DNA of 64,000 nucleotides, from NCBI GenBank assembly GCA_043228905.1, contig JBHGNT010000017.1, positions 1,302,001-1,366,000 on the forward strand, given 5' to 3'. The notes under the pieces are model-generated. The model worked only from the letters and a program-made list of their open reading frames with translations. It was not told where the DNA came from and made no database searches. Shown one piece after another: positions 51,505 through 61,949 of the stretch. The position numbers and the translations under genes are program-made. The stretch's first letter is position 1, and each line of letters begins with the position of its first letter. The stretch comes from Azolla caroliniana. Its lineage: Eukaryota; Plantae; Polypodiophyta.

Positions 51505-51588
51505 GTCAGGATGGCCGAGCGGTCTAAGGCGCCAGACTCAAGTTCTGGTTCTCGTGAGAGAGCGTGGGTTCAAATCCCACTCCGGACA
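51505..51588 (+). tRNA. tRNA-Leu(CAA), with one acceptor-stem mismatch
   Basis: GTCAGGATGGCCGAGCGGTCTAAGGCG, anticodon arm CCAGA-CTCAAGT-TCTGG, T-loop GGTTCAAATCC. The 3' stem TCCGGAC gives an A-G mismatch at pair 4. Confidence 0.88.
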
Positions 51589-51815
51589 TTTTCAAGAGGT
51601 TGTGTACACTTCTATGAATCATCAATTTGAGGGATGTGGGATTTAATTCCATAAGCATATACTTACAAGAGGCAAAATCAAAGGATTATTTAGCATTGTG
51701 TACACTTCTATGTATCATCAAATTGAAGGAAGTGGGACTAAATTCCATAAGCATATACTTAGTTAGTAGAGAAGGCAAAAATCAAAGGATTAGTTGGCAT
51801 TGCCATTCTTGAAAA

Positions 51816-51899
51816 TGTCAGAAGTGGGATTTGAACCCACGCTCTCTCACGAGAACCAGAACTTGAGTCTGGCGCCTTAGACCGCTCGGCCATCCTGAC
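51816..51899 (-). tRNA. tRNA-Leu(CAA)
   Basis: Inverted near-identical copy with fully paired acceptor stem GTCAGGA/TTCTGAC. Confidence 0.95.
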
Positions 51900-52438
51900 A
51901 TTGGATATGCAATTTATCATTTTATTTATATTTAATAACTCTTTGGCAAGTCCTAAAATTTCACCTCATTTCAACCAAGCTACTACATAATCGTTAGGAA
52001 CGAATTAGATTCACTGGTCCTAAAAGCCTTGAAAACTTTAAAAGATATGCTATATAGGACATGGTGAAACTCTTCAAAGGTTTTACACATGGATGATTGT
52101 ATTGGCATTCGGATGAATTACTACTACCTACACATCATCATCTTGGCAATTTTACATGTCCTCCGTCAAACAAGATGAGGTTTTGACAAATTCCATTAAG
52201 TGTATAAAACATTTAAACAAAGCATATAATTAGTCGCGTGTTTGCATTCCTGGTTTTTAGCTTTAATCTAATATGATTTTCCATATCGTTACAAGGTTCC
52301 ACAAACATTTTACATGATATTGTTTGTATATTCCATGAGCAAGGCAGGGAACAAACATTTTACATTTACATTGTATTGCTTGCATCTTCCCATGTTTTAG
52401 TTAACATTTTGCATACACACACAAGCAATTAAGAGTAC

Positions 52439-55249
52439 TTAGGTGAAAACTAAACTTTCTTTCACCCCCCCGCTCAATATGCTTTCAATGAAGGCTCTCT
52501 TTCCCAATGTCACATTCCCACACCTTCCAGAAGCACCCAATATACTACGCCAAGCAGCAACATCGGGTTTAAAGGACATATTCTCAATGATTCCTAGGGC
52601 CTTGTTGAGTCTTCCCACACGGGCCAAGAGACTGATCACACAATTGTGGTGTAGTGGCATAGGTGCAATACCATAGTCTTTTTCCATAGCATTGAAGTAA
52701 TGTTCGCACTTATTCGATAGGTTTGCTCGATCACATGCAGTCAGAAGAACAATAAATGTCACAGCATCAGGCTTTAGACCTTCACCTAGCATAGTGTCAA
52801 ATAATCCGAACACCACTTCAAATTTCCCAAACCTTGTATATCCAGACATAAGTGAAGTCCATGAGACCACATCTCTTACTGGAAGCTCATAGAATACTTC
52901 TCGTGCTTTCTTGAGATAACCGAATTTCGCATACATGTCGACCAAAGTGTTTCCAACTAGATCTTCTCCTAACAAACCATGCCTTTCAATCTCTGAATGT
53001 ATGTCTTGGCCTTTGTTTGTAGCTCCAATGTTTCTACAAGCTTTCAAACTGCAGATATATGTGATGGCATTCAGAGGCATTCCCACTGACCGGATTTGTT
53101 CAAAGCACCCTAGTGCTCGCTCTCCATGCCCATGTTTATCATATCCCATGATAAGTGTGGTCCATGATATAATGTTTCTTCCATGAAGTTTCTCGAACAC
53201 TTGTTGTGCCTTAGCTAGCAACCCCCACTTGGCATAGATTTTTAGCAATACATTCCCAACGATAAGATCTTTTTCCAACAGTTCTTGTGATTCAATCTCA
53301 CCATGTATTTCGACAACCTTATCAATGGCTCCGGCATCATCACAAACCTTCAATACGGAAACAAGTGTGATAGAATTTGGGGACAAAATACCCTCAGCTT
53401 TCATTTTATCATAACACTCCATGGCCTTTTCATGGTACCTATTCTCAATATAACCAGTGATTAAGGCATTCCATGAAACTATGTTTCGGCTCTTGAGCTC
53501 GTCGAACACTTGTTTTGCTTTCTCAAGCATGCCACATTTAGCATACATATGGAGTAAGCTATTGCCAAGAGCTAGGTCTTTACTTGCTGATATGCCACAC
53601 TTTTCTATCTTCCGATGTAGTTCTTCGCCAATGGTAATAGCTGGAATCATGCCGCAAGCTTTTAAACAACACACGAATGAAGTGGTATCAGGCGATATAC
53701 ATTCTTCTTGCATTTGTCGAAAACACTCTAATGCTGCTTCACCATGCCCATGTTCAATACAGCCAGTCATTAGTGATGTCCATGAGAATACATCTCGAAC
53801 CAGAAGCTTTTTGAGAGTTTCCTTAGCTCGAGAAAGGGAGCCATGTCTCGCATAAGCACTGATCAAAGTGTTTGCAACCAGAAGATTTTTTTCTGGCAAC
53901 TCTCTCCTTGCAATCTCAGCATGTATTTCTCTGATAATGTTACCTGTTATTCTTGTCCTTCCACAAGCCTTCATCATGCACACATATGTGGCATCATCGG
54001 GATAAATTCCATCGAGTTTCATATCTCTAAAGCAACCGAGTGCTTGTTCAACTTGTCCATGTGTGGCATAACCAGCTGTTAATGTGTTCCATGATACCAC
54101 ATTTCGAATAGGAAGCTTATCGAAGGCTTCTTGTGCTTTTTCAAGTAAACCACATTTTGCATACATATCGATTAATGTGTTTGCAACCAAAATGTTTGCA
54201 TCTAGCAACCCATATCTATCAATCTCAGCATGAACTTCCTTTCCTTTTGTTATTGATCCTGACATTCCACATGCTCTCAAGATACAAACAAATGAAGCCG
54301 CATCCAGAGATATACCTTCAGCTTTCATATGTTCAAAACATCTTAACGCTTGCTCAGCATAACCATGCTCTACATATCCTCCTAATAGTGATGTCCATGA
54401 AACGACATTCCTATAAGAAATCTTATCTAAGACCTCGTATGCTTTTCTCAACCATCCACATTTCGAAAATGAATCGATCAAAGCATTTCCAACTAGTACA
54501 TGTTCTCTCAACAACCCCTGTTTCTCGACCTTGGCTTCTATTTCCAGAGCCTTATAGGGACATCCTATGCTCCCACATGCTTTCAAGGCGAAAACAAATG
54601 TAATTGCATTGGGGATAATGCCCTCCTTTTGCATTCGTTCAAAACAGAATAGAGCTTCTTCTTCATGTCCATTTTCAGAATATCCACCGATCATTGTGGT
54701 CCATGAGACCAGATCCTGCACCGGAATCTCATTGAAGACTCTCCTCGCCTCGGCCAGCAATCCACATTTTGCATACATATCAACCAAACTGTTTGCAACA
54801 AAAGCATCCCTTCTTATATCAACTATTCTGGAAATATGCCGATGTATCGCCAAGCCTTTTGCCATGTCTTTTAGCTTTCCACAAGCCTTTAGCAAAGCTG
54901 AAAATGTAGGAGCATTAGGGTGGATTGAATCATTCTTCAGCATATGATGATACATTTTGAGGGCAGGATGTGGCTGACCAAGCCTAACAAGACCTGAAAT
55001 GAGTGAATTCCAGGATTCTTCATTCTTATATGGCAATGAATCAAACACAAATAGAGCATTAGGCATGAGACCCATATCTACGAGCAAAGAAACCACTTGT
55101 CCACCCAATGATCTATGGGTTCCAAGACCCCTTCCCCTCATGTAGGCTTGAAGAGAAAGGGCACATAATAGGCCTCTCTTCTTCCTGCAGCTCTCTAAAA
55201 CGAGTCCACATCCATCCAGAGATGATTGTGGAAGCATCCTCTGAGGCAT
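52439..55249 (-). CDS. PLS-class pentatricopeptide repeat protein (936 aa), single exon, ends within the E region, no DYW domain
   Basis: Long array of PLS triplets (NSLVDMYAKCG, VSWTTMIGGY, PNAITFVFALKACG), ending ...HHNCVISLLARVG...AAWRSILGAS... Confidence 0.95.
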   Translation of the reverse strand: MPQRMLPQSSLDGCGLVLESCRKKRGLLCALSLQAYMRGRGLGTHRSLGGQVVSLLVDMGLMPNALFVFDSLPYKNEESWNSLISGLVRLGQPHPALKMYHHMLKNDSIHPNAPTFSALLKACGKLKDMAKGLAIHRHISRIVDIRRDAFVANSLVDMYAKCGLLAEARRVFNEIPVQDLVSWTTMIGGYSENGHEEEALFCFERMQKEGIIPNAITFVFALKACGSIGCPYKALEIEAKVEKQGLLREHVLVGNALIDSFSKCGWLRKAYEVLDKISYRNVVSWTSLLGGYVEHGYAEQALRCFEHMKAEGISLDAASFVCILRACGMSGSITKGKEVHAEIDRYGLLDANILVANTLIDMYAKCGLLEKAQEAFDKLPIRNVVSWNTLTAGYATHGQVEQALGCFRDMKLDGIYPDDATYVCMMKACGRTRITGNIIREIHAEIARRELPEKNLLVANTLISAYARHGSLSRAKETLKKLLVRDVFSWTSLMTGCIEHGHGEAALECFRQMQEECISPDTTSFVCCLKACGMIPAITIGEELHRKIEKCGISASKDLALGNSLLHMYAKCGMLEKAKQVFDELKSRNIVSWNALITGYIENRYHEKAMECYDKMKAEGILSPNSITLVSVLKVCDDAGAIDKVVEIHGEIESQELLEKDLIVGNVLLKIYAKWGLLAKAQQVFEKLHGRNIISWTTLIMGYDKHGHGERALGCFEQIRSVGMPLNAITYICSLKACRNIGATNKGQDIHSEIERHGLLGEDLVGNTLVDMYAKFGYLKKAREVFYELPVRDVVSWTSLMSGYTRFGKFEVVFGLFDTMLGEGLKPDAVTFIVLLTACDRANLSNKCEHYFNAMEKDYGIAPMPLHHNCVISLLARVGRLNKALGIIENMSFKPDVAAWRSILGASGRCGNVTLGKRAFIESILSGGVKESLVFT

Positions 55250-57167
55250 TACTTTGGACCATTCTTCATTTCATCAATTCATCTTCATTATCCATAATTT
55301 TATCATCCATCGTGTCATCAATTCATCATCCATCATGTCATAACTTCATCATGTCATCATTCAACGCTTCATCAGCTCCAGATTAACGAAGGGGTTCTAG
55401 GGTATTACAATGTTGGGTTAGAGAGGTTAGGATTGTGATATTTGGATTACAAAGCATGGAATCTGCGTCATCGATTAATGCAGAAATTTAAGTGATGATT
55501 AGAGCTTTAATTGGGGTTTTAGGGGGGGGTGCAGGTAAATTCCAATGAGCTTTTTTACTTTGATGAGCCCCCACAAGCACAAGGTTACCAGGGGAGGACT
55601 AGACTAACCAAGGTATTCCCCTCGGACTCGTCCGAGTCCATTGGAATTTGGAATGCCGGCCGAAAAAGGTTTTTCTTAGGCCTACACCACATCTATACAT
55701 TCCATATCAATGCTTCTTCTTTTTAACCAAACTTGACAAACATTGCCCAAGCTTCATTCAAGAAAAGAAAAGTGTGTTCATCGAAGAGGCGGCGTTGCAA
55801 CCTATTGATGATTATCCGGGAGAAACACAAAATAACTCATTTCTGGCCTCTACTTACAAGCAATCTTATGTGTAAATTGTTTGGAACACTTTTATACTTC
55901 TCGATGCTTATTTTAATTATCATGAATGGCAGCCCTTGTATTTTCTACACTGGTATTGCGTGCGCATGCATTGCAAAGCAAATCTTGAATAAAGTGATTT
56001 GTATGTATCTTTCTTTATTTCCCTTATGTTACTAATAAGGACATGTAGCATAATGATGGGCCACATGACAAACAACAAACATATCTTGTACAGATTTGGG
56101 GGAAAAGAACCTTTGGCTTCTTAAAACTTTCCACAATTGCCACATGTCCAAAAAGTACAAGGCAAGTGATTATACATAGGAAGCCAATGCTTCTAATGAA
56201 ATGTCCCACCTCGTCACACAGAATTTTGCTGGTTAAATGGACATGGCATGCATCAATCCATGTCTCCAAATGACTAGATATCCTTTACATGTATGGGTAA
56301 ATGCACATCACGATTATCACTCCTTATTGTTTGCTTCATTGAATTTTGTAGATATGAGAGAAAAAGAGGATGACAATATATTAAAATCTAAAAGGGGGAG
56401 CACGGGTCATTTGTAGCTCATGGTTGTATCCTTGGAAGAATCTTTACCTTACTTTGAATGAATGATTCATTCTTCCTAGCTAAAAGCACTTATTTTGCTC
56501 TGATGGAGGAAATAAGCCATAAGCCATGATATATGGGTAGCATGAACAATCCCAACAAAACAAAAAAAACAACCTCAGGCAATAAAAATACAAATATATT
56601 TTGAATTATTTATGTCCATTCATCACCATCACTTATTCATGATGGTATATATATGCATACATACATATATACAAATTAATGCAACAAATGCATTTCCCTT
56701 TTAGCCCAAATGCATCCTCTTGAGTTGAAACCATTTGTAGAAGCTCATTTTTCAGTTTTGAGATTGAAGATGGCCTATTTTTCAAATATAAGGAGCACAA
56801 TTTACGAATTCTGAAAAGATATAATATTGATAGACATCTTTCATCCTCATCAATCAAAAATAAGTAATGGAGATTGTCATAAATATTGACAGGCAAAAAA
56901 GCAGAACAAGTTATCATGAAGGCAATCAAGAATAAGACAAAGTTTGACTCAATAAATTTGATTCACTTCTATAAACAGTTGCTTCTATAAACCCACAGCA
57001 GTGAAAGCACACTGGATTTGATTTAACTATACAATGAACTTTACATCAGCATATTGACTCCTCAACCGCCCAAAGAATGATAGAAATTCTGCTTTGATTT
57101 GTGTTCTCAGTGATTCAATTATACAAGATTGAATTCCCTGGATAAATATATTTCTTATTTTATTTTG

Positions 57168-60100
57168 TTAGAATTCATCATCTCTACTGACCCTGTTGAA
57201 CAAAAGTACCGTAAACAATAGAATAGAGAAAGAAACAAACTCCATATACATTGCTCCAGTTTTGATTAGACCAGCATGATGTAAGATTGCAGGAATCGCA
57301 ATACTTCCAACTCCAGAAAATCCTGTTAAAAACTTCGCCGCATCTGCCCAGCTGATAACCAAAGCAATGGAAATTTTTATCTAGCCGTAACCTATCAATA
57401 ACTGACTTTTTTTTTAACATATTTATCTTGAAAGTTAGTGCTTACTCTCCACCATCACCAGAGCTCATAGCATCGACTGATCCACCCCCAAAAAATAAGC
57501 AAGGCATAGGTACCATGATATACATGAGAACTGCATCACATAAACATTTCATACTTTTTTACACATGGATTGTAAAATGATACAGTAAATCACTTTCGAA
57601 ATGGGTTTCATTGGGAGCTTTACCAGTTAATAGAGGCCACCAATTGCTGTAAATTGCACATGCCTGTGCATGAGAAATTTGTGCTTAGTATCAACCAAAA
57701 ATACACATATGTATCAAGCTTTCTACTGATGGTAAATTATGAGAATACATTATGGAAAAAGAATAGTGAGTCCATGTCTGGCAAAGAAGAGTAATTGATC
57801 GAGCCATCAAACCTAGGCTTCATAAATTTATGTTGTGGGGTGTTACTCAAGCCTGTCACTAACAATCGTATGAGCTATTTCAACAATGCCATCAACTCTA
57901 GGCTCAAAATTTTATGTTACGGGTTTGTCAACTCAGTCTCAAACAATTACATGTGCTATTTGAGCAACTATTTGGTTCTCTTTGGGGAGTCAACCAGGAA
58001 CATTTGTAGAAATAATGAAAAGTTAGGGATTTAGGATATAGAGGAAAACTTGGGGTTATATGTGTGTGTGCCATGTTCTAGATGACTCCCTGTGTCTCAT
58101 TCCCTGACCAAGGCCCATTCCCATATGACTGATCATTCTAATGATGCTTGCAATCTCGCATTATCACTGGAACGATCCTTCCTTATTATGCTGAATTCAA
58201 AAACAGTAGCTGGAGAGAGGATAGGAACAAAGGAGAGAGAAATATATATTTACGTCTGATAGACGTCAAAGTTCTTGTGTGTGTTTGGGGGGAGATATAT
58301 ATATTTAATTTTTTCCGTTTTTTATATGCCACACCCTGTCTCATTCCCTCACCAAGATCCATCCCATTCAACTATGATCATTCTAATGATTCTCACAATC
58401 TCATTATCATTGAGAAGTTCCTGCAAAACCTGGCTGAATTCAAAGGCAATAGTTGGAGAGAAGACAGGAACAAAGGAGAGATAAATATATGTTAACATGT
58501 ACTAGAAGACAAAGTTGTCCTATGCAAGATCACCAATACAAGCATCAATGTCCTCTTAATATCCAAGAAAAGAACAAATTTGTATGTGAAAAAGAAACCA
58601 ATTCTCAAATCTAAATGTGAAAGAAAAGATGAGGATGCTAGTTGGTTTATATGGGTCCTCTACGATGCTATACAAAAGGGGTGGTGTGTATACATGATGT
58701 GCATCGTTGCAGAAGATAGGGTATAGAATATCATGCATCAGTGGAGATGGTGGGGAGCAGCTGTGAAGCATGGTTATCAGGTTCGAGCATTTTGGCATGA
58801 AACTTGCTTCAAAATGGGTTGCACGTGGAGGTCAAATATCTATGTCATGTTTTGGGTGCAGTGCAAGCCAGCATCACTGCCGAAATGTTCTTACCCCGAA
58901 ATGAGTCAGATGGTAACATCAGAGTTATAGATATATAGCAATTTAATATTAAAAATTTCAGAAAGTTTCTACGTTTTAAATTACATATGAACATTTCATG
59001 AAAATGAAAAATTTATCAGTGGTAAACAAGTCACACACATCTTCCTCACAGAAAACAGAAAAGGATAGATATATCAAAGTTAAGAAAACAAAAATCAGAA
59101 AATCAGCTTACCTGATGGTTTTTAAAAAACCCACCCACAAACATTCAATCTGAAGTACCTGGTACATTTTGTTAAGCCTAAAATTGTAACTGTAACTTCT
59201 AATAAAGTAGAAAAAACACTTCAGAGCTCGCATTTTACTAAGGTGAGGGAGCTTAACTGTTTCAGGCGTTTCATGTTTTATGGTGACTTTGGTGCAGACT
59301 ACCCACTATTTGGAATATGCGCCATGCCCAAGCTGATGTTGGTCACGTTCCCCCCAAAATCTAGCGGAGGGAGATTCCTAGCATTTACATATGACACCCA
59401 TTGTCTGGAACAGTGCCTCAACTATCGTAGGGGTGTGGTCAACTTAGTTCAAATAATATCATGTTGAACTCAAGACTTGTTATTGATCATTCGTGACATA
59501 ATGATTACAGGTTTCTTGTCTATGTCCATGCGTGGCTTGCGAGTGGAAGTACCAATATGGAAATTGTTCAGAACTCTTTGTATGAATCCCACTGTCTGGA
59601 ACAATATCTCCATTATCATAGGGGTTATGGCAAACTGAGCTTGACAGATTATATGGAACTCTTCTTTTGCTACCATCATGAAGCAATGTCATCTCTAACC
59701 AAGAGAAATGTTGGAAATCCTTGCATACATGACACCTAGATAAACATAGGAATAAATCATCGTGACATTATCCACTAGAGTGAAAAGAGCATGCCACTTG
59801 ATTGGTGCTGTGGAAGATTATAGATTTTGTAATTCCAGGATTCACAATTAAAACCATTTACATGCAATTCATCTTCGGCACGGAGATGTATGCATGAATG
59901 TGAATCAGAAACCAAAATTATGCAAACCCGTATAAACCAAATTATGAATTGGATTAAGGTGTACCTGACATGTCCACTCAAACCTCCAGCTCCACTGCCC
60001 CGGGTATGATTTGCTACCCGGTCAATTGAGAAGGATAGACAGAGAAAGAAAACCACCTTTTCTACTCAAAGATACTAGCAATAACCTTGGATAGAGTTAT

Positions 60101-61379
60101 GTGGCATCTAACTCAGCTCATTACCCATTCATATACTGCATATCTGAGTAGAGCTCCCACATGCAGGAAGTCACAGAAAGGGTCAATCATACAATGTAAA
60201 ATGTGTTCCAGAAAGTTGCATCCCAACTATATACTCTCTTCTTTCAGACTTTTGCTTGGTCTATTGTCCATATCCTTGTGATACATCATACAGGGGGAAG
60301 TGGTATTATAAATTCTCCTTATCCTCCTTGTTTTCTTCTTCTTCTGTTGCTGCTGCTACTCGTTTGATATTACCATCTCTTGTGAAATTTTGTACATGTG
60401 ATGTTCCAAATGTTGAATGTTCTCAACAGTATCAAACATATTATTCACTTATAGACCATCTCATCTCTTGCTTTTGGTCCAAGAGAACACATTGATAGCA
60501 TTTATATCCCATAGATTTCCCGAATATACATATTTCCATGCTTATACGTGGACATATATGGAAATTGTGGCATTTGAAAACCATTTCGATGGAACAACTC
60601 ACAAGAACAAACAAAAGGGTTTCTGGTCAACAAATAGGCTTTCGTTATATTTATTAATATATGGTTTCTACGCTTTGTGTTTTAATAAATTTGTTTCTCT
60701 CCAGGAGTTCTGTACTCCAATTTCCTTTTATCAAATGCGTGCATGTTAGTCATCTTAAGAGATTCATATTCTACTTCACCTCATCTCACCCATTTCATAC
60801 AACATGATTATGTTTTCTAAATGACAAGCAGGAGAAGATATTGAATGGATCTCGAGATCATGTCAATTTTGAACACACTTACCAAAATTTGTATAAGAAC
60901 ACCAACGGAGAACAGGAAAGCTAGTCCAGCAAGCCTGTATACATACACAACAACGACAAGGCAAAACAATACATAAGAATAGATGAAGTCTGATGAGAAA
61001 ATCAATAAATCTTGTAACAAACTGTAGAACTCGTGAGAAAGTTAACAAAATTTAATAATAAGACACAGATGTCATCAAGAGGATGCAACGGATTTCTATG
61101 GAAAACACACAAAATCATCGAGGAAAAAAATATGCCATATTCATGCATAAAAAAGAAGGAACAAGAAAAAGATAGGTTTTAGTATCCACTTACACTGCAG
61201 TTTTCCATTGTCGAAAATCAGACAAATAATATCCCCCAAGTATGCCATAAAATCCATGTTTTTTTTGTTTCGTTTTGTTTTGTTTCATCCACACAGAAGA
61301 AAAAATGAATATATTAGTGGGGGGTTAGGTAGGAGCTTCTGTGACCAACAAGTAAAACTTGGTAGAAATGTGAGTGCAT

Positions 61380-61433
<54 letters not shown>

Positions 61434-61486
61434 TAAACATGTAAAAGATAATTTTTGTTATGCTTACTTTGAATGTTCATGGCCAT
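57168..61486 (-). CDS. VPS55: Vacuolar protein sorting 55 (Vps55/OB-RGRP family), 126 aa; exons 61486-61468, 61194 (1 nt), 60934-60883, 57663-57624, 57530-57446, 57351-57168
   Basis: Spliced product MAMNIQMLAGLAFLFSVGVLIQILACAIYSNWWPLLTVLMYIMVPMPCLFFGGGSVDAMSSGDGGDWADAAKFLTGFSGVGSIAIPAILHHAG...DDEF*. The frame closes from this ATG only if the 1-nt exon is included. Confidence 0.9.
58085..58500. repeat. Diverged tandem duplication in a VPS55 intron (period about 245 bp)
   Basis: ccctg..tctcattccct..ccaag...gatcattctaatgat...gctgaattcaaa...tggagaga..aggaacaaaggagaga occurs twice. Confidence 0.8.
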
Positions 61487-61949
61487 AGCTTTTCTCTCCC
61501 TTGGGAAGAAGACCTGCACAGAAGAGAAGGAACAGAGGAAAACAGAGGCAGAGACAGGGGAGAAAGAAACATAGGAGTCAAAAAGAATAACAAAATTAAA
61601 ACATATTTACATAATTAGACCTTTGCATATATGTATTTTTAGAAATTACAAAGAATGCCCTCCCCCAATGTCCACCACATGTGTCTGCTTTGTTAGCCAA
61701 TGCCCCTGTCATAAGATCTAATACCATGTGAGAAGCCATTCGTCCCATCAGTTCCATTTCCCTCCTTTCTTCACTTAGATTTTTAAGCATATAAATTTAA
61801 TGTAAGTATGATGATTATCGGCGATGCCTATGGATAGAAATTAGTAATTTGGGCAAAGAGAATTGCAACATAGTCGCATGTTGCATTCCTTATAAATGCG
61901 TAGATTTGGGATGGAACACGATCATCCTTTCACAGACTTATGTCAAGAT

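Noticed and set aside
52443-55386. Several plus-strand ORFs of 77-156 aa
   Set aside because: Antisense shadows of the PPR coding sequence.
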